Counted from the first letter of the stretch, positions 28,322 through 38,376 are shown. The stretch is DNA of 64,000 bases from an uncultured beta proteobacterium (GCA_963850525.1 CAWKLQ010000011.1:173196-237195), one strand, 5' to 3'. Program-made: numbers and translations. The notes: generated by a model not told the origin, from the letters alone.

Positions 28322-28695
28322 AGATAGGGTTCCTTGCGCCGTGTCGCGCCGACGACGGCGTAGTCACGGCGCCGCGCCGGCCCGTCACTCGCGGGCGCGC
28401 GACTTGCACCGCGCAAGCCGCACTCGATCATGAGCACCAGCGCCCCAAGCACCGGGATCCAGACTGCGGCGAGCCACCAGGCGGATCGCCCCCGGTCGTG
28501 CAGGCGCCGACCCCAGATCGACACGAGCAGCAGCGTTGTCAATGCGGCAGGCGCCAGGTCATAGGGCGCGCCGGGCCATTCGCCGGCGGCGATGGTGAGC
28601 CACAGCGCGAGCGGCACGAGCGTGAGGTGGCGCAACCAGAAGCCGAGCCGCCCGATCCGTCCGGAGGTGGTGAATTCGCCGAGGAGTTTGAGCAA
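28318..28695 (-). CDS. DUF805-family inner-membrane protein
   Basis: GRIGRLGFW and RRLHDRGRSAWW signatures. The stop overlaps the next ATG (ATGA). TTG start is uncertain. Confidence 0.7.
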   Translation of the reverse strand: MLKLLGEFTTSGRIGRLGFWLRHLTLVPLALWLTIAAGEWPGAPYDLAPAALTTLLLVSIWGRRLHDRGRSAWWLAAVWIPVLGALVLMIECGLRGASRAPASDGPARRRDYAVVGATRRKEPYL

Positions 28696-28830
28696 ATGAG
28701 CGCGCCGTCGAGGCGTTTCCTGAGTCGGCGGGATTCTCCCAGAACTCTGCTGCGACGCCGCACAACGACTCTTTGCGGACGGTGAGGGTCGAGGCTGCGC
28801 GTGCCATCTTGCCGCAATGCGGCCGGGCGA

Positions 28831-31386
28831 TCACACCAGCGGCGCCAGCAGCCCCGCCAAGTCTTCCGCATCGAACTTCGGCGCCGCCGCAGCGTCGACG
28901 CCGAGCACACCTTCGGTGAGCGCCGTCTTGCGCTCCTGCAACGCGAGCATGCGTTCTTCGATGCTGCCGGCCACCACCAGCTTGTAGACAAACACCGGCT
29001 GGTCCTGACCGATGCGGTGCGCGCGCGCCGTCGCCTGCGCCTCGACCGCCGGATTCCACCACGGGTCGAGGTGGATCACGGTGTCTGCGGCGGTGAGGTT
29101 CAGGCCCACGCCACCGGCTTTCAGGCTGAGCAACATGATCGGAACGGTCTTCGCCTGGAATTGCTTGACGACGTCGCCGCGGTCCCGCACCGGGGTCTCG
29201 CCGGTGAGCACGAGGAAGGGCAGCTCGAGCGCCGTGAGTTCGTCTTGCACGAGCGTGAGCATTTCGGTGAACTGTGAAAACACGAGAACACGCCGGCCTT
29301 CGTCGATGAGCTCGGGCAGGGTGTCGCGCAGCCACTCCATCTTCGCGTGCTCCATCGTCGCGGGAGTCTTGGTGCCTTTCACGAGACGCGGGTCGCAGCA
29401 CACCTGGCGCAATTTCAGCAGCGCGTCGAGGATGCTGATCTGCGCGCCGGCAAAACTCTGGCGTGTGAGCGCGCGCCGCACCTGCTCGTCGGCGGCGACG
29501 CGAACGCTCTCGTAGAGCGCGCGCTGCTGGCCGACGAGCTGGACGCGGCGCACGACTTCCGTCTTCGGCGGCAGCTCCGCTGCAACGTCCTGTTTGCGCC
29601 GCCTCAATATGAAAGGCCGCACGCGCTGCGCGAGCAGTTGCGCGCGCAGGGTTTCGCCGCCCGTCTCGATGGGCTTGCGCCAGATGCGCGTGAAGCTGCG
29701 CAAGTCGCCCAGGAAACCGGGCATGAGGAAGTCGAAATGCGCCCACAGCTCGCCGAGGTGGTTTTCCAGCGGCGTTCCCGTCACGCACAGGCGGTGCCGC
29801 GATCGCAGCTGGCGCAGCGCCGTCGCGGCGCGGCTCGCGGCGTTCTTCACCATCTGCGCTTCGTCCAGGATCAGCAGGTGCCAGGGCTGCGCCTGCAGCG
29901 CCTCCACGTCGCGCCAGAGCAGCGGGTAGGTCGTGAAGACGATGTCGTGGTCGCTGATCTTCGCGAACTCGCGCGAGCGGTCCGCCCCTTGCAGCGTGAG
30001 CACGCGCAGGCTCGGCGCGCAGCGCGCGGCCTCGGCCTGCCAGTTCGCGATGAGCGACGTCGGCAACACGATCAGCGCGGGCTGGTCGAGGCGCCCGGCG
30101 TGTTTTTCGATGAGCAGGTGCGCCAGCACTTGCGCCGTCTTGCCCAGACCCATGTCGTCGGCAAGGATGCCGGCGAGGTGCTGCTCGCGCAGGTATTGCA
30201 GCCATCCGACGCCGTGCAGTTGATACGGGCGCAGCACCAGGCCCAGGCCGACCTCGGCCATGCGTTGCGGCGACAGCGGCGCGGGTCCGCCCGCTGCACT
30301 CAGGCGCTGCGCGAGCGCGGCCAGGCCCGCGTCGCCTTGCAGTTGCCACGCGCCCTGCACCCCCGCGCGCTTCGTGCGACTGGAGTGCGCATCGAGCAGC
30401 GCCAGGCGCATCGCCTCGATGCGCTGCGCTTCCCAGTCGGCCAGGCGCAGCGGGCCGTCTTTGCGCTTCGGATCGGTGAGCAAGTCCAGCATCGCGGCGA
30501 CGATGGCCTTCAGCGGCGCCGCCGGCGCCTCGATGCGCCGCCCGCCGGGGGCGCGCAGCACGATGATCGCGTCGTCGTCGATTTGCGCGACTTCGCGCGC
30601 GTTCAGCCAGCGTGCGTCGCGCTTCAGCAAATCGGCGAGCAGCGGCGCGAGGTCGAGCGTCTCGCCGTCGACATCGACGCCCAGGCTCAGCATGAACGAG
30701 CCTTCGCGATGCGGCTGGCGCAGCGCGGTCAGTGCCTGCGCGCGCGGGCCGAGCGGCTCGACCAGTTCGCGCCCCTCTTCGGCGCCGCTGTCGGGGTTGA
30801 CGACGATGCGCCAGCGGTCGACCGCGACGCTCTGGTGCGCAAACCCCGGCTGCACGACGATGGACCAGGCCATCGCCTGCAGCTTGGGCACGTGTTCGGC
30901 CCAGAAGTCGCCGAAGTGTGTTTCCTCGGGCAACGACCACAGGTCTTCATGGCCGTGCGCCGCTTCCTTGCTGCGCCACTGCAGCGCCTGCATCGGCAAG
31001 GGGCGCAGGCCGCTCGCCCACAGCGCGTCGCTCGCGTCAGCCTCGGCCGAGAGATTGCGCTGCATCAGGACGCGTTCGTTCCACGCGCCGCGCAGCAGCA
31101 CGGTCGGTTTGGGCCGGGTGTTGAGGATTCGCGTCGGCGCGGGCGTTTCCCAGTGCAGGCCCTTGTCCGTCGCGTAGGTCCAGGTGATCTTCGCGACGGT
31201 GAGCTGCGTGCTGCGCGGGCCAAAGCCGTCACGCGCGCGCAGGCCCAGCAGACCATCGCCACGCGTCAGCGTTTGCAGGTTCAAGCGGGGGCGGAACTGG
31301 CCGGGCGCTGGGAGGTCGTTGTCGGCGTTGCTGGGGAGGGGTTCGGACACTGTCGAAGGCGGCTGCACTTGCACGCAGTGGACCAC
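28831..31386 (-). CDS. SNF2-family DEAD/DEAH-box helicase (RapA-like) with ~370-aa N-terminal accessory domain
   Basis: LRPYQLHGVGWL, DDMGLGKT, LILDEAQMVKN and QATARAHRIGQ motifs. GTG start is uncertain. Confidence 0.85.
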   Translation of the reverse strand: MVHCVQVQPPSTVSEPLPSNADNDLPAPGQFRPRLNLQTLTRGDGLLGLRARDGFGPRSTQLTVAKITWTYATDKGLHWETPAPTRILNTRPKPTVLLRGAWNERVLMQRNLSAEADASDALWASGLRPLPMQALQWRSKEAAHGHEDLWSLPEETHFGDFWAEHVPKLQAMAWSIVVQPGFAHQSVAVDRWRIVVNPDSGAEEGRELVEPLGPRAQALTALRQPHREGSFMLSLGVDVDGETLDLAPLLADLLKRDARWLNAREVAQIDDDAIIVLRAPGGRRIEAPAAPLKAIVAAMLDLLTDPKRKDGPLRLADWEAQRIEAMRLALLDAHSSRTKRAGVQGAWQLQGDAGLAALAQRLSAAGGPAPLSPQRMAEVGLGLVLRPYQLHGVGWLQYLREQHLAGILADDMGLGKTAQVLAHLLIEKHAGRLDQPALIVLPTSLIANWQAEAARCAPSLRVLTLQGADRSREFAKISDHDIVFTTYPLLWRDVEALQAQPWHLLILDEAQMVKNAASRAATALRQLRSRHRLCVTGTPLENHLGELWAHFDFLMPGFLGDLRSFTRIWRKPIETGGETLRAQLLAQRVRPFILRRRKQDVAAELPPKTEVVRRVQLVGQQRALYESVRVAADEQVRRALTRQSFAGAQISILDALLKLRQVCCDPRLVKGTKTPATMEHAKMEWLRDTLPELIDEGRRVLVFSQFTEMLTLVQDELTALELPFLVLTGETPVRDRGDVVKQFQAKTVPIMLLSLKAGGVGLNLTAADTVIHLDPWWNPAVEAQATARAHRIGQDQPVFVYKLVVAGSIEERMLALQERKTALTEGVLGVDAAAAPKFDAEDLAGLLAPLV

Positions 31387-31429
31387 AACCCGACCGCAGG
31401 CGGCCCAGCGTGGCCCCGCGCGCGGCGGA

Positions 31430-32221
31430 TCAAGCCCGGGCCGGGACGCGCGCCATTTGCGCCGGGCCCAGGTGCATGCCGCTGTCGAGCAGCAGCAACT
31501 CGCCGGTGACGGTGCGCGCGCCCTCGAGCAGCCAGAGCACGGCCTCGGCCACGTCCTCCGGTGTGCAGGGGCGCGCGAGCGGAGCCATGGTCTCGTAAGC
31601 CGACTTGATGCGCTGGTAAGCCTCCTGACCCACGCCGTCGACGAACCAGCGTGTCGTGATCAGGCCCGGGCACACGGCGTTGACGCGCACCTGCGGCGCA
31701 AGCGCGCGCGCGAAGTAAAGCGTCATCGAATTCACTGCGCCCTTGGATGCGATGTAGGCCACCGACGAACCCATGCCCAAAGCCCCGGCGATCGACGAGA
31801 CGTTGACGATCGCGCCGCCGGCGGCCTTCAACGGCTCGGCGCAGGCGCGGATCATCTGGAAGGTGCCGAGCGAGTTGACGCCGACGATGCGCTGGAACGT
31901 CGCCGCGTCGATCGCGTCCCAGTTGCCCGAGCCGGAGAAATTCGTGATGCCGGCGTTGTTCACGAGCGCATCGAGGCGCCCCCAGCGCTTCAGGGCGGCG
32001 TCCACCATGGCTCGGCAGTCGGCGTCTTCGGCGACGTCGCCGCGCATCAGCCAGGCATCTGCCCCGGCGGCCTGGCACGCCGCCAGCGACGCGTTTGCTT
32101 CGGCCTCGCTGCGGCTGTAGTTGATGAGCACGTCGTAGCCGCGTCCGGCGAGCGCGAGCGCGGTGGCGGCGCCGACGCCGGTGGCCGAGCCGGTGACGAT
32201 CGCAACTTTGGGTTGACTCAT
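31430..32221 (-). CDS. SDR-family oxidoreductase
   Basis: VAIVTGSATGVGAA, NNAG and YIASKGA (YxxxK). Confidence 0.85.
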   Translation of the reverse strand: MSQPKVAIVTGSATGVGAATALALAGRGYDVLINYSRSEAEANASLAACQAAGADAWLMRGDVAEDADCRAMVDAALKRWGRLDALVNNAGITNFSGSGNWDAIDAATFQRIVGVNSLGTFQMIRACAEPLKAAGGAIVNVSSIAGALGMGSSVAYIASKGAVNSMTLYFARALAPQVRVNAVCPGLITTRWFVDGVGQEAYQRIKSAYETMAPLARPCTPEDVAEAVLWLLEGARTVTGELLLLDSGMHLGPAQMARVPARA

Positions 32222-32282
32222 GGATTTGGCTTTCGAGGACGCGCATCCCGCCAGCGGCACCGTGGCGTCCCGGCGCGATCGC

Positions 32283-32576
32283 TCAAGGGCTGGTGCGTTG
32301 GTAGCGGTGCACCACTTTGCTCTGGACCCAGCCTGCGGTCAAGGCCTCCATCTCGAGGAAGTGGCGCGTAAATAGGTGCGCATCGAAAGCCGCCGTGTCG
32401 TCATACAACTCGTAGAGGAAGAACAACTGCGGGTCAGCGGGATCGCGGCAGACATCGAACTGGCGGCAACCCGGCTCGGTTTCGCGCGAGGCAGTTGCGT
32501 TGGCGATGATCGCGCACTCGAAAGCCTCGATGTGCGCCGGCAGGATGCGGAACTCGACAACGATCGTCAACATCAT
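32283..32576 (-). CDS. Antibiotic-biosynthesis-monooxygenase (ABM) fold protein
   Basis: ~97 aa with an MLTIVVEFRI...FLYELYDD..AFDAHL pattern. Start is among ATGs 32573/32576/32588. Confidence 0.7.
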   Translation of the reverse strand: MMLTIVVEFRILPAHIEAFECAIIANATASRETEPGCRQFDVCRDPADPQLFFLYELYDDTAAFDAHLFTRHFLEMEALTAGWVQSKVVHRYQRTSP

Positions 32577-32601
32577 GTTTCCTTTCATCAAACCGGGGGC
32601 G

Positions 32602-33894
32602 TCAGCGCATCGAGGCGAGCAGCTTGGGCAGCCAGCTGGTCAGGATCGGCACATAGGTGATCAGCAGCACCACGGAGAACGTGGCCGCGATCATGACCCA
32701 AAGGTGCCGGGTGATTTCGCCGATGCTGGCCTGAGCCAGCTTGGCGGCGACAAACAGGGTCCCCCCCACCGGGGGCGTGTACAGCGCAATCGCCAGGTTG
32801 GCCGTCATGATCACGCCCACATGAACCAGGTCCATCTTGAAGGCCATGGCAAGCGGCAGAAACAGGGGCGCGGCCATCAACAAGGCAGGCAGCGGCTCAA
32901 TGAAGATGCCCAGCAGGATCAGCGCCACGTTGAGCATGATCAGGAAGACCCACTTGACATGCGCCACGGACCCGACCCAGTCTGCCAACTGCTGCGCGAC
33001 ACCTTCCGCGGTGATCAGCCAGGCGAGTGCGCCGGTGGCACCGATCACCAACATGACGGTGGCACTGGTCATGAAGGCCTTGAGCAGCAGTCGCGGCACA
33101 TCGCTGCATCGCATGTCGCGGTAGAGGAACATCGACACCAGCAAGCCGTAGACGACGGCGACCGCTGCGGCTTCCGTCGGTGTGAAAAAGCCGGACCAGA
33201 TGCCCCCCACGATGAACACCGGCATCAACAAGGCAGGTCCGGCGCTCATGCCGGCCCGCGCGATTTCGCGCAGCGAGGCCGGTGGGCCGCCCGGGTCGAC
33301 CCCGGTCTTCTTGCCATGCCACATGCACACGGCGATCAGCGCCAACGCTGACAGCAGGGCCGGAACCAGGCCCGCCATCGACAGCGTGCGCATGGAAACG
33401 CCCGATACGAATGCATAAACAAGAAACGGGATCGACAAGGGCATCAACAGCGCCAGCGTTCCCGCCACGGCGACGAGGGCCGCAGCAAAGCCTCGGCTGT
33501 AGCCGCGTGCGAGCATGGCGGGAATGACCAGGGAACCGATCGCCGCCGTATCGGCGATTGCCGAGCCGGACACCCCTCCGAACAGCAGGCACGAGATCAC
33601 GGTGACCACCCCCAGGCCCCCTGGCAGCCAGCCGAACAGGACGTTGGCGAACGCGACGATTCGCTTGCCGACCCCGCCTTGGGCCAGCAACTCGCCGGTG
33701 AAGACGAAGAGCGGCACGGCGATCAGGATGAACGGCTCGACGCCGCCGATGAAGGAGAGGAAAACACTCTCCAACGGGTACTGCATGCCATAAAGGACGA
33801 CGATGCCGGCGGTCGTGGCCAGCAGCGAGATCATCAGCGGGATGCCGGCCAGTGCCAATGCGAAGAACGAACCGAAGATCACCAGGGACAGCAT
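32602..33894 (-). CDS. TRAP transporter large permease (DctM family)
   Basis: 430-aa polytopic protein with a typical DctM N-terminus (MLSLVIFGSFFALALAGIPL). Confidence 0.9.
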   Translation of the reverse strand: MLSLVIFGSFFALALAGIPLMISLLATTAGIVVLYGMQYPLESVFLSFIGGVEPFILIAVPLFVFTGELLAQGGVGKRIVAFANVLFGWLPGGLGVVTVISCLLFGGVSGSAIADTAAIGSLVIPAMLARGYSRGFAAALVAVAGTLALLMPLSIPFLVYAFVSGVSMRTLSMAGLVPALLSALALIAVCMWHGKKTGVDPGGPPASLREIARAGMSAGPALLMPVFIVGGIWSGFFTPTEAAAVAVVYGLLVSMFLYRDMRCSDVPRLLLKAFMTSATVMLVIGATGALAWLITAEGVAQQLADWVGSVAHVKWVFLIMLNVALILLGIFIEPLPALLMAAPLFLPLAMAFKMDLVHVGVIMTANLAIALYTPPVGGTLFVAAKLAQASIGEITRHLWVMIAATFSVVLLITYVPILTSWLPKLLASMR

Positions 33895-33909
33895 GTCGGT
33901 GCCCGCGCT

Positions 33910-34449
33910 TCACTCGGCCGGATAGCGCTGTTCGCGGGGTACGCCGCGCAGGATCAGGACCAGGTCCCAGCCGACGAACGTCGCCATCAGCGCCATGCCG
34001 AGCGGCAGAGGCATGTACTGCCAGGCCATCGGCCACTCGAGCGTGGTGAGCAGCGTGCTCCAGCTGCCGCGCACGATGCCGATGCCGTAGTACAGGACCA
34101 CAGCCAACACCACCAGGGTGAAGGTCTGTACTGCGGCGTCGGCCCATCGCCGTGCCGACACGCTCAGCTTGTCCAGGAACTCGCTGATCGACATGTGGGC
34201 GCCGCGCTGCGCCGCTGCTGCACCGCCGAGGAAGGTGACCCACACCATCAGCAACTCGCCGAGTTCGATGAGCCAGGCCAAGTCCTTGCCGATCGCGTGC
34301 AACACCACGTTGATGAAGATCAGCGTGGCCAGGGCGCCACCAATGCAGATCACCAACCCGTCCACCGCCCTGCCCAGCCAACGCAACCAGGGTGGCAGAG
34401 GTGCCGGTGGCGGCGGGTTGCCGTCGTGAGCGCGTTCCGCTGCGTGCAC
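33910..34449 (-). CDS. TRAP transporter small permease (DctQ family)
   Basis: Four-TM small protein between the DctP and DctM genes. GTG start is uncertain. Confidence 0.75.
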   Translation of the reverse strand: MHAAERAHDGNPPPPAPLPPWLRWLGRAVDGLVICIGGALATLIFINVVLHAIGKDLAWLIELGELLMVWVTFLGGAAAAQRGAHMSISEFLDKLSVSARRWADAAVQTFTLVVLAVVLYYGIGIVRGSWSTLLTTLEWPMAWQYMPLPLGMALMATFVGWDLVLILRGVPREQRYPAE

Positions 34450-34469
34450 GGGAAACGCCCTGCGCCGGT

Positions 34470-35480
34470 CTATTTCACTGCCTTGCGCACGGCGGCGGTT
34501 TCCGTCAGAACCAGATCCACATCGGCGCCGTATTTCTCGCGTGCCTTGGCGTAGACCGGCTCGACCGCCTTGCGGAACGCCTCGATGTCGGGCTTGCGGT
34601 TGACCTTGGCACCTTTGGCCGTCATTTCATCGAGCAGCTTGTCGTCGTTGTCACGAATCGCCGTGCGCTGGAACGGTGCCACTTCCTGCGCTGCGCGGGT
34701 GATGCCTTGCTGATCGGCGGGAGACAGACGCTGCCAGGTCTTCTCGGAAATCGCCAGCGGAATCGGGCTGTAGACGTGGTTCGTCAGCGTCACGTGGGGC
34801 GCGACTTCATAGAACTTGTTCGACGCGATGGTGTCGATCGGGTTCTCCTGGCCTGCCACAGCGCCCTGCTGGATGGCGAGGTAGACCTCGGGCAAAGGCA
34901 TGATCTGAATACCGAACCCCATCGCCTCGAGCTGCCAGCGCATCATCTCGTTGGGAAAGGTGCGCAGCTTCTTGCCTTTGGCGTCCTCCGGGCCGTTCAG
35001 CGCGTCGCGCGTCGTCATGTTGCGAAAGCCCGCCTCCCAGGTCGCGAGGATGCGAAAGCCCTTGGCGGGCGCCTTGTCGAACTGGGCCTTGAGCCACTTC
35101 GACTCGTCGTAGAACTTCCAGCCCTGGGCATAGGAGTTGAGGATGAAAGGCATCATCATCACGTTGAGCGACGGAATCTGCGCCGCGTAAGTGCCTGTCG
35201 ACGTCACCGTGAAGTCAATGCCGCCCAGCGCCAGCTGCTCGACGTTCTTCGGGTCGTTGCCGAGCTGGCTGCAGCAAAACACTTGCACCTTGTAGCGGCC
35301 CTGGGTGTAGTCCTCCACCTTCTTCGCAAACACCTGGGCGGCGGCTTGGCGCGCGCCCTGTTGCTGGTCGGTGTGGCTGAACTTGAGGAGGGTCTGGGCC
35401 TGCGCGGGCGCTGCCAGGGCGCACGTCAGGGCAGCGGCTGCGGCCACGCGCGTCAGGCGAATCAGGTTGTTGGTCAGCAT
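34470..35480 (-). CDS. TRAP transporter substrate-binding protein (DctP family)
   Basis: Signal peptide then LKFSHTDQQ...GRYKVQVF..SQLGND. AAGGAGA RBS before ATG 35480. Confidence 0.9.
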   Translation of the reverse strand: MLTNNLIRLTRVAAAAALTCALAAPAQAQTLLKFSHTDQQQGARQAAAQVFAKKVEDYTQGRYKVQVFCCSQLGNDPKNVEQLALGGIDFTVTSTGTYAAQIPSLNVMMMPFILNSYAQGWKFYDESKWLKAQFDKAPAKGFRILATWEAGFRNMTTRDALNGPEDAKGKKLRTFPNEMMRWQLEAMGFGIQIMPLPEVYLAIQQGAVAGQENPIDTIASNKFYEVAPHVTLTNHVYSPIPLAISEKTWQRLSPADQQGITRAAQEVAPFQRTAIRDNDDKLLDEMTAKGAKVNRKPDIEAFRKAVEPVYAKAREKYGADVDLVLTETAAVRKAVK

Positions 35481-35490
35481 GTCGTCTCCT

Positions 35491-36585
35491 TCAGGGTTGG
35501 CGGTTGGGAACAGTGACTGAGCCGGCCGGCGACGCCAGCGGCTGCACGGGGTCGAAGTCGGCCAGCTCGACACGGCGATGGGTGGCCGCCGAGTGATACA
35601 CAGCGGCCTGCACACGCAGATTGGTCAGGTACTCGCGGGCCGTGTTTTCGAGTGGCGCGGCCGATCGGAAATGCGCGACGACATGGCGCTGCAACCACTC
35701 GCATGCACCTCCGCCGAAGGTATCGTCCGGGCCACGATCGTAGACATGTTCGACCTCGGCGCAGTGCTGCGGCTTCCACCACAGGCGCGCTTCGCCGTCC
35801 AGGCGCAGCACACCGGCGCTGCCTTCGATCCAGGCCTCGCCCAGGGTGCGGCGCGGGTTGCTTGCGACATGGTCATTGAGACGGTTGCCATCGAACAGGC
35901 CGGTGCTGCCGCGCTCGAACTCGAACACGATGATGCCGGCGTCTTCGCCCGCAATCACCGGATTCATTCGCCGCAGCGCGGCGTACACCGTCTTCACTTC
36001 CCCGGCCAGGTAGCGGAAGGTGTCGATCCAGTGGATCGCCGTTTCCTTGACCATGAACTGCCGCATCTGCTGGAAATAGGGCTGGCGATCGAGGTAGGCG
36101 CGCGGGCCCTGGCCGTCGCCGGGGCGCAGGCGAAACGCCACGCTGTGCAAGGCACCGAGCGCTCCAGCGTCGAGCAGGCGCTTCGCCTCGCGGTTCCAGG
36201 GTTGCCAGCGAATGTTCTCGTGAATCACCAGCGGCACGCCAGCGGCTTCGGCCAGCTCCGTGATCGCCAGCGCATCGGCGTAGTCGCGGCCGAAGGGCTT
36301 TTGGCAAATTGCCGGGATGCCGGCCGCAACACACTGCGCGACGAAGCTGCGATGCGTTTCAGGCGACGTGATGATGTCGACCAGCTGCGGCCGCGTCGCG
36401 GCCAGGGCCTCGTCGAGTGAGCCGAACACCGCACCGATGTGGAAGCGCTCGGCCAGCACCCGCGCCTTGGCGAGATCGCGGTTGACGATGCCCACGCATT
36501 CAACCTCATCCATGCGCTGCCAGCCCAGGTACTGGAACTGGCTGAAATAACCGGCACCGACACCGAGCACGCGCAGCTTGGCCAC
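35491..36585 (-). CDS. Gfo/Idh/MocA-family NAD(P)-dependent oxidoreductase
   Basis: LRVLGVGAGYFSQ Rossmann N-terminus and the ICQKPF block. GTG start at 36585, 11 nt after the upstream stop. Confidence 0.8.
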   Translation of the reverse strand: MAKLRVLGVGAGYFSQFQYLGWQRMDEVECVGIVNRDLAKARVLAERFHIGAVFGSLDEALAATRPQLVDIITSPETHRSFVAQCVAAGIPAICQKPFGRDYADALAITELAEAAGVPLVIHENIRWQPWNREAKRLLDAGALGALHSVAFRLRPGDGQGPRAYLDRQPYFQQMRQFMVKETAIHWIDTFRYLAGEVKTVYAALRRMNPVIAGEDAGIIVFEFERGSTGLFDGNRLNDHVASNPRRTLGEAWIEGSAGVLRLDGEARLWWKPQHCAEVEHVYDRGPDDTFGGGACEWLQRHVVAHFRSAAPLENTAREYLTNLRVQAAVYHSAATHRRVELADFDPVQPLASPAGSVTVPNRQP

Positions 36586-36596
36586 GGCCCTGGGCC

Positions 36597-37682
36597 TCAG
36601 AGGTTGGACGCCACTGCAGCGGCGATCGCGGCCGTGCCGTCGCGGCCACCGAACTCGAAGGGCAGGATGCGGCCCGATGCGAAGACGGCGTCCACGGCCT
36701 GTTCGATACGCCGCGCGGCAGCCGCGAGCGCCGGGTTGGCATGCCGATCGGCCAACCAATCGAGCATCAGCGCGGCGGACAGGATGGTCGCAGTCGGATT
36801 CGCCTTGCCCTGCCCTGCGATGTCGGGCGCCGAGCCGTGGCAAGGCTGGAACAGGCCGTGGCGGTCGCCGATGTCGGCCGAAGGCGCCATGCCCATGCCG
36901 CCGACCAGTGCCGCGGTCTGATCCGACAGGATGTCGCCGAACATGTTTTCGGTGACCAGCACGTCGAACTCCCAGGGCTTGCGGATCAGGTCGAGCGCCG
37001 TGGCGTCGATGTAGTTGTGGCGCGCCTCGATGTCGGGGAAAGCGGCGGCACGTTCGTCGAAAATCTTTCGGAAGAAGGCCATCGAAACGAAGACGTTGGC
37101 TTTGTCGACGCAGGTCACGCGCCCGGCACGGCCGCGCTGCTTGCGCTGCCTGGCCAGCTTGAAGGCGAAGTCGTGCACGCGTTCGCTGCCGCGGCGGGTG
37201 ATGACCATCGTGTCGCGGGCTTCACGGTCGCCTTCGATGACGCCCCTGCCGCGCGAGGCGAACAGGCCTTCGGTGGATTCACGCACCACCACCAGATCGA
37301 TGTCCTTGGCGCGCGGGTCGCCCAGCGGCAGGCGCACGCCGGGGATCGCACGCGCCGGGCGCACGCCGGCATACAACTCGAGCTCGACGCGCAGATCGAG
37401 CTGGGGCGCGATCTCGGTGCCGTCGGGGTAGCGAATCTCAGGCCAGCCCATCGCGCCGAACAGGATTGCATCGGCCTTCCGTGCGGCCGCCAGCGTGGCC
37501 GCCGGCAAGGCCTCGCCGCTGGCGCGAAAGTGCTGAGCCCCGGCGGGATGGTCGTGAAAATGGAAAGCGAACGAGGCCCCTCGAGCGACGCGCTCGAGCA
37601 AGGGCAGCGTGGCCGCGATGACTTCGACACCGATGCCGTCGCCAGGCAGAACGCAAACGTCGAAGCTCGACTTTTGGGGCAT
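36597..37682 (-). CDS. Isocitrate/isopropylmalate dehydrogenase-family enzyme (tartrate/D-malate dehydrogenase-like)
   Basis: VLPGDGIGVEV, VVRESTEGLF, NMFGDILSD and HGSAPDIAGQGKANP. Confidence 0.85.
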   Translation of the reverse strand: MPQKSSFDVCVLPGDGIGVEVIAATLPLLERVARGASFAFHFHDHPAGAQHFRASGEALPAATLAAARKADAILFGAMGWPEIRYPDGTEIAPQLDLRVELELYAGVRPARAIPGVRLPLGDPRAKDIDLVVVRESTEGLFASRGRGVIEGDREARDTMVITRRGSERVHDFAFKLARQRKQRGRAGRVTCVDKANVFVSMAFFRKIFDERAAAFPDIEARHNYIDATALDLIRKPWEFDVLVTENMFGDILSDQTAALVGGMGMAPSADIGDRHGLFQPCHGSAPDIAGQGKANPTATILSAALMLDWLADRHANPALAAAARRIEQAVDAVFASGRILPFEFGGRDGTAAIAAAVASNL

Positions 37683-37695
37683 CCGGATTTCCGAT

Positions 37696-38376
37696 TCAAA
37701 GATGTTGCAAGCGGTAGTGTTCGAAGATGGCGATCAGCTCGCCCGTCGCTCGCGCGCGGTGCGCACGCGTAACCCGGACGGCGCCTTCGGCGTCGCCCGC
37801 GCGCAAGCGCTCGACCATCAGCATGTGTTCCTTGGTCGAGTTCACCGGCTTGGGCCGCAGGCGCAGCGTGAACATGCGCGCGCGGTGCGCCCGATCCCAA
37901 TAGTTCAACACCGTCGCGTGCAGCTGGCGGTTGCCGGCGAGTTCGAGGAACTGGGCGTGGAAACGCTCGTCGGCGGCGGCCCAGGCATCCAGGTCGTTGA
38001 CCTTCAGCGCCTTGTCCATCGCCTTGGTGGCGTCGATCAGCGGCTTCAGCTCGGCCTCGCTCGGCTTGCGCCGTGCCAGCAGTTCAGCGGCCATGCACTC
38101 GAGCGCGGTGAGGATCTCGTAGATCTCGCGCATGTCGTTCGGCGACACCGGCAGCACGCGCAGGCCGTGGCGCGGAATGACCTCGACCAGACCCTCGTTG
38201 CGCAGCCGCATGATGGCCTCACGCACCGGCGTGCGGCTCATGCCGAGCGCAAGGGCCACTTCCTGCTCGAGCGCACGGTGACCGGGCGGCCAGACGTTGT
38301 CGAGAATGCGCTGGCGAATCTGGGCGTACGCGGCGTCGACGAGCGATGCACTCTGACCGAGGGCTTGCGTCGTCAT
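37696..38376 (-). CDS. GntR-family (FCD-domain) transcriptional regulator
   Basis: LEQEVALALGMSRTPVREAIMRLRNEGLVE wHTH plus an FCD-type C-terminus. The ATG overlaps the upstream stop. Confidence 0.85.
   Translation of the reverse strand: MTTQALGQSASLVDAAYAQIRQRILDNVWPPGHRALEQEVALALGMSRTPVREAIMRLRNEGLVEVIPRHGLRVLPVSPNDMREIYEILTALECMAAELLARRKPSEAELKPLIDATKAMDKALKVNDLDAWAAADERFHAQFLELAGNRQLHATVLNYWDRAHRARMFTLRLRPKPVNSTKEHMLMVERLRAGDAEGAVRVTRAHRARATGELIAIFEHYRLQHL

Noticed and set aside
26003-31509. 774-aa (26003-28327) and 720-aa (29347-31509) plus-strand ORFs
   Set aside because: They are antisense shadows of the FAD/methyltransferase fusion and the SNF2 helicase. They have no family signatures and an R/A/H/V-biased composition.
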